Shown: positions 8,868 through 17,778 of the stretch, piece by piece
Layout: each line of letters starts with the position of its first letter
How positions within the stretch are numbered: the stretch's first letter is position 1
Assembly (NCBI GenBank): GCA_963829705.1
Contig: CAWHJN010000002.1
Coordinates: 162,954 to 226,953, forward strand
From: Rhodothermales bacterium
GTDB taxonomy: Bacteria > Bacteroidota > Rhodothermia > Rhodothermales > BA12
Length of the DNA stretch: 64,000 nucleotides
Direction of reading: 5' to 3'
Made by a program: the position numbers and the translations under genes
Notes under the pieces: model-generated
Told to the model about the DNA's origin: nothing
Databases searched by the model: none
What the model saw: only the letters and a program-made list of their open reading frames with translations

Positions 8868-9485
8868 ATGGCACTCTCGTTCTCCCTCGACGACGACCGC
8901 GCGGCCGAAAAGGCCGAGTTGCGGGCGCACTTCCGAGCGCTCCGCGCCGCCGTGCCTGCCCCCGCCGTGGCGGTGCGCGACGCGCAGGTGCGCGACACCC
9001 TGCGGAAGCTGCCGGAGGCGAGAAAAGCACGGTCGATCTACGCTTTCTGGCCGCTCGTCGCGCGGGGGGAGATCGACCTGCGGCCCCTGCTGGTCGAGTG
9101 GCACCGGTCAGGTAAAACCATCGCGCTGCCGCGCGTCGAGGGGTTCGCACCGCCCCGGCTGGCGTTCCACGTCTGGCAGCCCGACGATGCCCGCGTGACG
9201 ACAGGTTGGGGGGTGGACGAGCCGCACCACGACGCCCCGCCCGCCCCTGCGCCCGACCTCATCGTCGTGCCTGCGCTGGCCGTGGACGAGGCGGGCTTCC
9301 GGCTGGGCTACGGCGGAGGCTTCTACGACGCATTTCTGGCCGCGCACTCATCCACCCCCACCGCCGTTCCTCTCCTCGACGAGATGCGGGCCGACGTGCT
9401 TCCCCGCGATCCGCATGACGTGCCCGTCCACCTCGTCGTGACAGATATGCAGACGCTGCGCTTCCCATCCTCCGCGCAACCCTGA
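8868..9485 (+). CDS. 5-formyltetrahydrofolate cyclo-ligase
   Basis: Start at MALSFSLDD. The segment VVPALAVDEAGFRLGYGGGFYDAFL is the characteristic C-terminal motif of the MTHFS/YgfA family. Confidence 0.85.
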   Translation: MALSFSLDDDRAAEKAELRAHFRALRAAVPAPAVAVRDAQVRDTLRKLPEARKARSIYAFWPLVARGEIDLRPLLVEWHRSGKTIALPRVEGFAPPRLAFHVWQPDDARVTTGWGVDEPHHDAPPAPAPDLIVVPALAVDEAGFRLGYGGGFYDAFLAAHSSTPTAVPLLDEMRADVLPRDPHDVPVHLVVTDMQTLRFPSSAQP

Positions 9486-9536
9486 CCCGGTGTGAACGTA
9501 CGCCTTTTGCACACCCGTTGACACCTACACGGCCTC

Positions 9537-10196
9537 ATGAGCAGCCGCACCCGCACGTTTACCACCGGCACCTCGACGCATTCCTACGACCAGGAAACGT
9601 TCGACATCGACGCATTCTCGGACGACGACCTGGAGCAGATGCTGTTTCAGGACGACGAGAAGGAGAAAAAGAATCCCTACGTCAATCTGCCCACGATTGC
9701 CGGACTGAGCATGGTGCTCGTCGGCATCCTGTACGTGCTTCAGGAGATCGGGCTCGCGCTGGGCCCGAACGTGTTCGGCCTCGTCCAGCTGCTGCCCATC
9801 ATCGGCGGCGTGCTCATCCTCGCGCTGGGCTTCGGGCTGATCCGCACAGGTCCGAAAAAGAAAAAGATCGTCCGCAGCGAGCGCAAGACGGCCACGCAGT
9901 CCTTCTCCTCCCCGGCGTCCGGCACGCGCAGCACGCCGTACGAAGCGGGGCGCGTGGTGCAGGACCGGGTCAAGCCCCGTCTCAAGAAATCGCGCAACCG
10001 CAAGATCTTCGGCGTCGCGGGCGGCATCGCCGAGCACTTCGGCTGGGACCCGACGTGGGTGCGCGTCGCCTTCGTGCTGGGCGCGCTCGTCTCGCAGGGC
10101 ATCGCCATTCCGCTGTACCTGGCGATGGCGTTCTTCCTGCCCAAGCCCGACGCGATGACGCTCGAAGAACGCATCCGCGTCATCCGCGACAGCTGA
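9537..10196 (+). CDS. PspC domain-containing membrane protein
   Basis: 219 aa. RKIFGVAGGIAEHFGWDPTWVRVAFVLGAL matches the PspC domain, and there are extra transmembrane segments N-terminally. Confidence 0.8.
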   Translation: MSSRTRTFTTGTSTHSYDQETFDIDAFSDDDLEQMLFQDDEKEKKNPYVNLPTIAGLSMVLVGILYVLQEIGLALGPNVFGLVQLLPIIGGVLILALGFGLIRTGPKKKKIVRSERKTATQSFSSPASGTRSTPYEAGRVVQDRVKPRLKKSRNRKIFGVAGGIAEHFGWDPTWVRVAFVLGALVSQGIAIPLYLAMAFFLPKPDAMTLEERIRVIRDS

Positions 10197-10205
10197 TTTT
10201 TTCTG

Positions 10206-10880
10206 CTACGGAATCGCGGCATTGAAGGGCGCGGGCCAGTTTTCCGGCTGCGCACGCCACGTCATCCGCTCTTTCTGCGTGGGATGCTCGGCGGTGAGTT
10301 GGTGCGCGTGCAGGGCGATGCGGCCTTTCCCGAATGCCTGCCCGGCGCCGTAACGCGTGTCGCCCACGATGGGCCAGCCGCGCGCGGCCAGTTGCACGCG
10401 GATCTGATGCGCCCGCCCCGTGCCGAGGTCGATCTCGACGAGCGTGCGCTTTTTGTGGTGCAGAATCGGCGTGACGTGCAACTCGGCGAGCTTCCCTCCT
10501 GCCGTCCCCGCCGCCACCAGCGCCACCTGCTCGTGCTGTTTCAGCAGCGTGTCGCGCAGCGTCTGCCTCTCGGGGAGTTCGCCTTCGACGAGGGCGACGT
10601 ACTTCTTGACGACGGTGCGCTCCCGGAACTGCGCGCTCAGCCGGGCGGCGGCTTTCGACGTGCGCGCCAGCACCATCAAGCCAGACACGGGCCGGTCGAG
10701 GCGGTGCACGAGGCCGAGGAAGACGTTGCCGGGCCGGTCGAACTCCTCTTTCAGATACGCCTTGCCGAGCGTGAGCACGTCCGCATCGCCGGTGCGGTCT
10801 TCCTGGGCGAGCATCCCGGCGGGCTTGACGATCACGAGGAGGTGATTGTCGAGGTAGACGATCTCGAAGGGCGGCGTCAC
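10206..10880 (-). CDS. RluA-family pseudouridine synthase
   Basis: LLVIVKPAGMLAQ and GLVHRLDRPVSGLMVLARTSKAA are RluA family motifs. I chose the GTG start at 10880, which forms a GTGA overlap with the upstream stop. The ATG at 11075 would overlap the neighbouring gene by about 200 nt. Confidence 0.8.
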   Translation of the reverse strand: MTPPFEIVYLDNHLLVIVKPAGMLAQEDRTGDADVLTLGKAYLKEEFDRPGNVFLGLVHRLDRPVSGLMVLARTSKAAARLSAQFRERTVVKKYVALVEGELPERQTLRDTLLKQHEQVALVAAGTAGGKLAELHVTPILHHKKRTLVEIDLGTGRAHQIRVQLAARGWPIVGDTRYGAGQAFGKGRIALHAHQLTAEHPTQKERMTWRAQPENWPAPFNAAIP

Positions 10881-11227
10881 GGCAGCGTGGATTGGATGCG
10901 CCGGGGCAGCGAGGCGCGCACGAGCGCGTACGAATCGCCGACCATCTCGTGGAGATCGTCCGGCGCGATGCTGCCGTTGCAAACGACCGTGTTCCAGTGG
11001 CGCTTGTTCATGTGGTAACCGGGCACGACGGCCTCGTAGCGCTCGCGCCAGTCGATGGCCTTCTCCGGCTCGCACTTCAGGTTGATGCGCGGCGGAAAGG
11101 CGTCGAGCGCGAGGAGCGCGAAGATCTTGTTGCCCACGCGAAAAACGACGTTATCCGGGCCGAACGGCTGGTCTTCCGTCGCCGCAGGTTGCGCGAGGCA
11201 GAGGGTTCGGAGCGCGTCGTGGGTCAT
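10877..11227 (-). CDS. MmcQ/YjbR family DNA-binding protein
   Basis: Start at MTHDALRTLCL. The segments QPFGPDNVVFRVGNKIFALL and PGYHMNKRHWNTV are typical of YjbR/MmcQ. Confidence 0.75.
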   Translation of the reverse strand: MTHDALRTLCLAQPAATEDQPFGPDNVVFRVGNKIFALLALDAFPPRINLKCEPEKAIDWRERYEAVVPGYHMNKRHWNTVVCNGSIAPDDLHEMVGDSYALVRASLPRRIQSTLP

Positions 11228-11326
11228 GGGGAGGCGGGTTGGCTGGGTTTGTTGGATGGTTGAGATGGTCATCGAGCCTGGTAGCGAACCAACCATCACC
11301 CAACAGCGAGCAAAACCAACGCACTC

Positions 11327-12151
11327 TCACTTCAACGCCGCATCGAGGAAGGCGAGCGTCTTTTCCCAGCTGTCCTGCGCCGGACCGGCCTCGTAGTTCT
11401 GGCCCGTCGGGTTGGCGAAGGCGTGACCCGCGCCCGGGTACGTCGTCACCTCGTGTTCGACGCCCGCTTCTTCGAGCCGCGCCTCGAACCGGTTGACGGC
11501 GTCGAGCGGGATGCTGCTGTCGGCCTCGCCGAAAAAGGCGCGCACGGGCATCTGGAGCGTGGCGAGTTGCGCCGCCGTCACGTCGGCGATGTTGCCGTAG
11601 TAGAGGACGGTCGCGTCGATCTCGTCGGGCAGCGCGAGGGCCGCCTGGAGCGAGAAGAAGCCGCCCATGCACCAGCCGACGACGCCGACGTTCTCCGCAC
11701 CGTGCTGGGTAAGGTACTGGTAGGCCGCCACCAGGTTGGCGCGCGAGGCGGCCATGTCGCCCGTGGCGGTTTTCATGTACACCATTGCGGAGTCGGGCGT
11801 CTGTGCGACGTTACCACCGTAGAGATCGACGGCGAGAACGCGGTAGCCCTCGCCCGCGAAGCGCTCCGCCATCGCCCGGATGTTGTCGTTGAGGCCCCAC
11901 CACTCGTGGATGACGATGAGGCCGGGCAACGCGCCGGTGGAATCCTGGGGCACAGCGTAGTAGCCGTCTGCCGGGCCGTACGAGACGGCACGCGCCGTTA
12001 CCGGCTGTCGCGGCGGCTGCACGAGGGCGGTGGCATTCGTCGTGTCGCCGTCGTGTTCGTTGGCGAGGGCGTCGTCGTGGCCGGGGCCGTGGTCGGCATC
12101 GCCGCAGGCGGCGGCGAACAGGAGCGCGAGGCTGAGCAGAGAAAGACGCAT
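11327..12151 (-). CDS. dienelactone hydrolase family lipoprotein
   Basis: The start MRLSLLSLALLFAAAC is a lipobox. PGLIVIHEWWGLNDN and VGVVGWCMGG (nucleophile elbow) are typical of the DLH family. Confidence 0.8.
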   Translation of the reverse strand: MRLSLLSLALLFAAACGDADHGPGHDDALANEHDGDTTNATALVQPPRQPVTARAVSYGPADGYYAVPQDSTGALPGLIVIHEWWGLNDNIRAMAERFAGEGYRVLAVDLYGGNVAQTPDSAMVYMKTATGDMAASRANLVAAYQYLTQHGAENVGVVGWCMGGFFSLQAALALPDEIDATVLYYGNIADVTAAQLATLQMPVRAFFGEADSSIPLDAVNRFEARLEEAGVEHEVTTYPGAGHAFANPTGQNYEAGPAQDSWEKTLAFLDAALK

Positions 12152-12187
12152 CGGGAGGAGCGGGTTGGGTGTGCCGATCAAAATAGA

Positions 12188-13162
12188 TCAACTCACGCGG
12201 CGCGGGACGTGGCGGTTCTCGCGCGGCATCGCCAACCCGCACTCGGGGCAGTGGCTCAGGCCCGCCCGCACGCGGTGCTGCCCCGACGGGCAGAGGCGAA
12301 ACATCTCGGTGTCCTGGAGCGGCGTGCCGCAGTAGAAGCAGTGCAGCGCGTGCGGGCTGTTGAGGTTGCGGCACGTGGGGCACTCGCCGGGTTCGAGAAA
12401 GGGCGACTCGGCGACGAGTTGCAACAGCCGGTGGTGCGCGAGGTAGCCCAGCGCGATGAGCAGGCTCAGGCTCGCCAGCGACGCCAGCGTCTGCTGCACC
12501 AGCAGCCCGTAGTTGGCCGCCGTGTGCAAGAGCGCCGCTGCCACCACGTACGGCCCCATCACGCGGGCGCGGTTTTTCTCGGGGTAGATGAAACGTGCCT
12601 TCGCCAGCCCGTAGCCCCATACTGCCGCGTAGCACATGTGCGCGGGCACGGGCCACAGAAAACGCACCAGCAGCACCTCGTTGCCGTACGTCTGCGCGTA
12701 GAGTACGTTTTCGACGGCGGCGAAGCCCAGCGCGACCGTCATCGCGTAGATCATCGCATCGACGGGTTCGTCGAGATCGCCCACCCACCGGGTGCTGTAG
12801 ACGGCAGCGATGGATTTGCAGATCTCCTCGCTGAAACCGGCGAACAGGCAGAAGGCGAAGAGCGTCGCGTAGGGCACGGCTCCTGGCTCGGTGATCGTGG
12901 CCACGTCGAGGCCCAGCAGGTTGGAGAACCCCTCGTTCAACACGGCGGCGGCGGCGATGCTCATCACCCCGCCCAGCGCGGCCACGCGCAGCAGATACCG
13001 CAGCGCTTCCGGCTCGATGCGGTCGTAGCGGCGCAGAAAGAGCAGCCAGATGCCCGTCCCGAGGGCGACGGCTCCGAGGGTGATGAATAGCACGAACGAA
13101 AGGGTTGAGAGCCGGAAGGTAGGGTGCCGCCGGAGTGCTTCAGAGGCACCTCGCCCGCGCAT
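12188..13162 (-). CDS. PrsW-family intramembrane metalloprotease with C-terminal zinc-ribbon repeats
   Basis: Polytopic membrane protein. FAGFSEEICKSIA carries the PrsW EExxK-type motif. The C-terminus CPTCRNLNSPHALHCFYCG...CPSGQHRVRAGLSHCPECG is zinc-ribbon-like. Confidence 0.7.
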   Translation of the reverse strand: MRGRGASEALRRHPTFRLSTLSFVLFITLGAVALGTGIWLLFLRRYDRIEPEALRYLLRVAALGGVMSIAAAAVLNEGFSNLLGLDVATITEPGAVPYATLFAFCLFAGFSEEICKSIAAVYSTRWVGDLDEPVDAMIYAMTVALGFAAVENVLYAQTYGNEVLLVRFLWPVPAHMCYAAVWGYGLAKARFIYPEKNRARVMGPYVVAAALLHTAANYGLLVQQTLASLASLSLLIALGYLAHHRLLQLVAESPFLEPGECPTCRNLNSPHALHCFYCGTPLQDTEMFRLCPSGQHRVRAGLSHCPECGLAMPRENRHVPRRVS

Positions 13163-13199
13163 ACGCTATCTTCTTGGGATCGTAGCATCCCGCCTTCCG

Positions 13200-13826
13200 G
13201 TGCCCCTTTCCGAGCGTCCGCCTTCCATTTCGTACCGCGCCGAGGTCGGGCGAAAGGCGCTGCACCTGCTCGCGCTCGTCGTGCCGCTGGGGATGCTCGC
13301 GCTCGGGCCGGAGGTATCCCGGTGGGTGATGGGCGCAGGGGCCGTCGTGGCACTGGGGTGCGACGTGCTGCGGGCGCGGATAGGGCGGTTCGCCGTCTTC
13401 ATCAACACGGTTTTCGGCGGGCTGATGCGGCCTGAGGAGCGTCCGCACGTACCTGGCCCGGTGGTGTTCAACGGAGCCACGTGGGTGCTGGTGACGGCGT
13501 TCGTACTCGTCGTGGTGTTTCCGCTCTCCATCGCGGTAGCGGCATTTGCGGCCTTCATGGTAGGCGATGCGGCAGCCGCGCTCGTCGGGCGGCGCTACGG
13601 CAGGCACCGCTGGCCAGGCACGCGTCGCACGCTGGAAGGCACGGCGGCGTTCGCGCTCGTCGCCTTCGGCACGCTGCTGCTTTTTCAGGTGGACGCGAAA
13701 GCGGCGGTGGTGTGCGCGCTGGTGTCGGCGGGGGCGGAGGTGCTGCCGGGGCCGCTCAACGATAATTTTCAGGTACCGCTTGTGGGTGCGCTGGTGCTCA
13801 CGGCGATGGCGGCGATGGGGCTGTGA
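13200..13826 (+). CDS. polyprenol/phytol (dolichol) kinase-like CTP-dependent membrane kinase
   Basis: Multi-transmembrane ORF. MVGDAAAALVGRRYGRHRW...TLEGTAAF resembles the phytol/dolichol kinase-CdsA superfamily. The start is uncertain: I chose the GTG at 13200, and the ATG at 13050 would overlap prsW. Confidence 0.55.
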   Translation: MPLSERPPSISYRAEVGRKALHLLALVVPLGMLALGPEVSRWVMGAGAVVALGCDVLRARIGRFAVFINTVFGGLMRPEERPHVPGPVVFNGATWVLVTAFVLVVVFPLSIAVAAFAAFMVGDAAAALVGRRYGRHRWPGTRRTLEGTAAFALVAFGTLLLFQVDAKAAVVCALVSAGAEVLPGPLNDNFQVPLVGALVLTAMAAMGL

Positions 13827-13935
13827 CGCGGACGGCGGACGTGCTGGGCCGGGGACGGGATGAATGCTGCCCCTACATTCGCAGAGGGCATTCCGGGTAG
13901 CGTGCTGCGCCCCTGCGAACCATTCGTGCTCGCCA

Positions 13936-13955
13936 GGACGTGCCACGGCACGTCC
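13936..13955. promoter_or_regulatory. 20-bp near-perfect palindrome GGACGTGCC-AC-GGCACGTCC upstream of the lipase-like gene
   Basis: Read directly. The 9-bp arms are perfectly complementary. The site lies about 70 nt upstream of the ATG at 14025. Confidence 0.35.
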
Positions 13956-14024
13956 CTACTGCTTCATTCCCCCGTTGCGCCTCCCCGTTCCGCGTTCCGA
14001 TCTCCCACTTCCCACCTTCACAAA

Positions 14025-14891
14025 ATGCCTCGCGTCCGTCGCCTTGCCACGTCTGCGCTCGCGCGCTTTACCGTGCTCGATCCGTTCCCTCAACCGGAAG
14101 TCGTGCGGACGCGCTACCCCGTCGTGCTGATGCACGGCTTCGGGCTGCTGGCGGGCCTGCGCCGCCACGGTCACTTGCACGACGAGGCGCTGTTTCTGCG
14201 CCGCCACGGCGTGCTCGCCTACGCGCCCAACGTGTCGCCCTACCAGACCATCGCCGTGCGTGCGGTGCAATGGCACGAGCGTCTCCAACACGTCCTCGAC
14301 GAGACGGGCGCGGAGAAGGTCAACCTCGTCGCGCATTCGATGGGCGGGCTCGACGCGCGCTTTCTCATCCACAAGTACCAGATGCACGACCGCGTGGCCA
14401 CGCTCACGACGGTCGCCACGCCGCACCACGGGTCGTCTATCGCCTCGATCACGCTCGAACAGCCCGAGCGGCTGCGCGACGTGCTGGCGGATTTCGTCAA
14501 CTGGATGGGGGCCTCCACCCGGCTGTACCCGTCGGCGGATGTGTTGTCGGCGCTGATTGAACTCACGCCCGCGCACGTCTGCGACGTCTTCAACGCCGCC
14601 GTGCCCGACCATCCCGACGTGCAGTACCGCTCGTACGCGGGGCAATCGGGGCGCGGCACCGACGTGAGCATCAACCCGCTCCTGCGGGTGCAGAACCACC
14701 TGCTCTACACCCGCGAGGGCCTCAACGACGGGCTGGTGAGCGTCGAGAGCGCGATGTGGGGCGATTTCCGCGGTGCCATCGCCGCCGACCACGCCGAGCA
14801 GGTGGGCCTGCGGCTGCTGCCCGGAGACGGCTTCGACGCCAACGCCTTCTACCTCGAACGCGCCCGCGACTTGCGGAATGAAGGATTTTAA
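14025..14891 (+). CDS. alpha/beta hydrolase (lipase/esterase-like)
   Basis: Start at MPRVRRLA. YPVVLMHGFG and VNLVAHSMGG (GxSxG) are present. Confidence 0.75.
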   Translation: MPRVRRLATSALARFTVLDPFPQPEVVRTRYPVVLMHGFGLLAGLRRHGHLHDEALFLRRHGVLAYAPNVSPYQTIAVRAVQWHERLQHVLDETGAEKVNLVAHSMGGLDARFLIHKYQMHDRVATLTTVATPHHGSSIASITLEQPERLRDVLADFVNWMGASTRLYPSADVLSALIELTPAHVCDVFNAAVPDHPDVQYRSYAGQSGRGTDVSINPLLRVQNHLLYTREGLNDGLVSVESAMWGDFRGAIAADHAEQVGLRLLPGDGFDANAFYLERARDLRNEGF

Positions 14892-14911
14892 GGCGGTGCG
14901 AGGCGCGAACA

Positions 14912-16219
14912 TCAGGCACCCTGTTCGTCGTTCGCACTCTGCCACGCTCGCAGCGCAGTAGCGAGTGACGTTACGAGCGCACCCGAGGCGAGTGCGGCGT
15001 CGAGGGTGCGGGTGAAGTGCGCAGCGGCGGGCGAACGGTCGAAAGCGTCGTTGTGCCAGAGCGCCACGCAGGCGCCGCCGAAGCGCCGCACCACGTCCAG
15101 CAACGTTTCGGTGGCCTGCCACGCCGCGTCGGCGTCGAGAGCGCGGTAGCTATACAGCGTCGTGTCCATCAGCGCGAGGGGCATTTCCCACACGTCGGTG
15201 GTTCGATCTGCCACGAGGTCGTAGACGCGGAACGGGCGGCACGTGCCCCGCCGGAAGCCCTCGTGTTCGGCAAAGCCCAGCGTCGCGTCGATGCGCCAGC
15301 CCTGCTGCGCGTGCAGGCCGGGCGTGCGCGGTGTGTAGCGCAGGTAATGGTGCCGGAGGGTGGAAACGTCGCGCCCCGACGCCACACGCAACCGTTCGCG
15401 CTCGGCCCGCAGCGCTTCGGGATGATCGAAGGCGTGGTACGACGGGTGCAGCCCGATTTCGAACGCTTCGTGTGCGTAGAGCGACCGCAGCGCCGCGTGA
15501 TCGAGCGGATAGGCGTGGTCCTCGGGCGCCGCCGCGCCGCCCTTGACGAAATACGTCGCCCCGACGCCACGCGCTTGTTCGGCTTCGATGAGCTTTTCCA
15601 ATCCTCGCTTGTACGGATCGCCGCGCCACAGCGCCGCGAGCGCAGGCGGGTTCTTCCAGACCGTCGCGGGCGTCCATTTTCGGAGCGCATCGAGGTCGTG
15701 CGTGGGGCACAGCGCCCAACCGCGCCCGCCCCAGTCGCGGCCCGGCGTTTCGATGCCCGCCTCGCGCAGTGCCGCGCCGAGGTGCTCGCTGTACACATCC
15801 ACGGCGGGCAGTGTGGCCGTGCCGAGGGCGTGTTGCAGCGACGCCGCGTACGGAAACCGCCCGTGCGCGTCTACCTGCACCGTCGTGTATTCCTGCCAGC
15901 CACTCAGCCAGAAAAACGCCGAACCGGCGAAGTCGGGCGCGCCGGGCGAGCCGAACAGCACGGGTGCCCGCCCGGCATCGGCATCGATCCAGAAAACTTC
16001 GTCGGCAGCAACCGGACGGCGCGCCCCGAAAACGTCGAGCGCAGCAGCGCTGACCGTCCACCGCACGGGCGCGGCGGGCGGATCAAGACCGACGGCGAGC
16101 ACCGGATTTTCTGCCGTCCACGCCGGGCGCAGGCCGAGACCATCGAGCAGCGTCTCGATGGCGTAGGCATAACGGGCGCGGTGCGGCGGCGGGAGGTCGA
16201 GAAAAACCGGGAGCGGCAC
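14912..16219 (-). CDS. polysaccharide deacetylase-like protein (NodB-type fold with an N-terminal extension)
   Basis: 435 aa with a GTG start. CPTHDLDAL, ATYFVKGG and FEIGLHPSYHAF resemble carbohydrate esterase 4-like deacetylases. Confidence 0.55.
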   Translation of the reverse strand: MPLPVFLDLPPPHRARYAYAIETLLDGLGLRPAWTAENPVLAVGLDPPAAPVRWTVSAAALDVFGARRPVAADEVFWIDADAGRAPVLFGSPGAPDFAGSAFFWLSGWQEYTTVQVDAHGRFPYAASLQHALGTATLPAVDVYSEHLGAALREAGIETPGRDWGGRGWALCPTHDLDALRKWTPATVWKNPPALAALWRGDPYKRGLEKLIEAEQARGVGATYFVKGGAAAPEDHAYPLDHAALRSLYAHEAFEIGLHPSYHAFDHPEALRAERERLRVASGRDVSTLRHHYLRYTPRTPGLHAQQGWRIDATLGFAEHEGFRRGTCRPFRVYDLVADRTTDVWEMPLALMDTTLYSYRALDADAAWQATETLLDVVRRFGGACVALWHNDAFDRSPAAAHFTRTLDAALASGALVTSLATALRAWQSANDEQGA

Positions 16220-16224
16220 GAGGA

Positions 16225-16260
16225 GCGGTTGGAGATTGGCGGGTCGCGGTTGGAGATTGG
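16225..16260. promoter_or_regulatory. two perfect 15-bp direct repeats GCGGTTGGAGATTGG spaced 21 bp apart in a divergent intergenic region
   Basis: Repeat 1 is 16225-16239, the spacer CGGGTC follows, and repeat 2 is 16246-16260. The site lies between the deacetylase-like start (16219, minus) and the HD gene start (16305, plus). Confidence 0.4.
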
Positions 16261-16304
16261 GAGGGCGTCGGCGTACGGCGCGCGCTCTTTCTCACTTCCC
16301 GCCG

Positions 16305-17570
16305 ATGGACAGCCGCTTCAAGATATTCTCCGACCCCGTTCACGGCTTCATCTCGGTGCCGAAGAACGTGCTGCTCGGCCTCATCGAGTCGCCCGAGGTG
16401 CAGCGTCTCCGGCGCATCCGGCAGCTCGGCGTAGGCCACCTCGTCTTTCCCGGCGCGGAGCACTCGCGCTTCGGGCACGCCCTCGGCGCGATGGCGCTCA
16501 TGCACGACGCGCTCTTGACGCTCGCCGACAAGGGCACGCCGATCTCGCCTGCCGAGCACACCGCCGCGCTCGCCGCCGCCCTGCTCCACGACATCGGCCA
16601 CGGCCCGTTTTCGCACACGCTCGAACACGACCTCTTGTCCGGTGTGCCGCACGAGGCCGTGAGCCGTGCCCTCCTCGTCTCGCTCGACGCGCGCTTCGGC
16701 GGCGCGCTCGGGCTGACGCTGCGGATGTTCGACGGCACGTACGAGCGTCCGTTTTTCCACCAGCTCGTCTCGGGCGAACTCGACGTGGACCGGCTCGATT
16801 ACCTCAGGCGCGACTCGTTTTACACGGGCGTCGTCGAGGGCGAGGTGGGCGTGCAGCGGCTCATCAAAACCCTGCGCGTCGAGCCCACAGCGGGCGGGCC
16901 GGAGAGCAGGCTGGTGGTGGAATCGAAGGGCATCTACGCCATCGAAAACTTCCTCCTGTCGCGGCGGCTGATGTACGCGCAGGTGTACCTGCACAAGACC
17001 GTGCTGGCGGGCGACCATGTGCTCCAGGCGGCGCTGCGGCGCGTGCGGCGGCACGTCGAAAAGGGCACCGCCACGTCCGCCGACCGCTGCTCGGCTCCCC
17101 TCCTCTTTTTCCTGACGCGCCGCATCCAGGCTTCCGATCTGAGCGATTCCGACGTGCAGCGCGCCTTCTGCGCCCTCGACGACACCGACGTACTCGTTAG
17201 CCTGAAACGCTGGATGGACGACGACGACCGCATTCTGGCTGACCTCGCCGAGCGGTTTATCAACCGGCGCCTGCCTGCCGTCACGTTCGTCTCTGAATCA
17301 CCCGATGCATCCGCGCAGGCCCACTGGTACGAGAAGACGGCGGCGTGGCTCGTCCGCGAGGGCCTTTCGACGCCTGCCTCGGCGGTCGAGGATGCGCGCT
17401 ACTACGTCGCGTTCGACCAGACGCGCACCGGCCCGCACGTTTCTACCGGCGGCATCACCATCCGCACCCGCGACGGCGCGTTGCAGGACTTCTCGGACGT
17501 GACCGAATACTCCGCTGCCAGCGCCACCGTGCGCCCGTTCATCGTGCATCCCAAAGAGGTAGAGGGATGA
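16305..17570 (+). CDS. HD-domain phosphohydrolase, SAMHD1/dNTP triphosphohydrolase-like
   Basis: Start at MDSRFKIFSDPVHGFISV. The motifs QRLRRIRQLG, HSRFGHALG, LLHDIGHGPFSH and DVDRLDYLRRD follow the COG1078-type pattern. Confidence 0.8.
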   Translation: MDSRFKIFSDPVHGFISVPKNVLLGLIESPEVQRLRRIRQLGVGHLVFPGAEHSRFGHALGAMALMHDALLTLADKGTPISPAEHTAALAAALLHDIGHGPFSHTLEHDLLSGVPHEAVSRALLVSLDARFGGALGLTLRMFDGTYERPFFHQLVSGELDVDRLDYLRRDSFYTGVVEGEVGVQRLIKTLRVEPTAGGPESRLVVESKGIYAIENFLLSRRLMYAQVYLHKTVLAGDHVLQAALRRVRRHVEKGTATSADRCSAPLLFFLTRRIQASDLSDSDVQRAFCALDDTDVLVSLKRWMDDDDRILADLAERFINRRLPAVTFVSESPDASAQAHWYEKTAAWLVREGLSTPASAVEDARYYVAFDQTRTGPHVSTGGITIRTRDGALQDFSDVTEYSAASATVRPFIVHPKEVEG

Positions 17571-17778
17571 GGAGCAAACGCACCTACATAATTGCCTGCG
17601 TACTCTGTCCACTCGTCGCGCTTTTGGGCTTTCTGACGTTGGACGTGACGTGGTCGGAGGACATAGAGGCCATCCAACAAGCGCGATAGCGCTCTACCTG
17701 CCGTTTGTCCTCTTCATCGCGAGCATCCTAATTGGCGTCTACGGATTAGAAGGCTCGCTCAGGCGACCAAAGTAACGG

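Noticed and set aside
10877-10880. 4-nt GTGA/ATGA start-stop overlaps (also at 34265-34268, 45521-45524 and 25913-25917) as something unusual.
   Set aside because: This is ordinary translational coupling in compact operons. I used it only as support for the start-codon choices.
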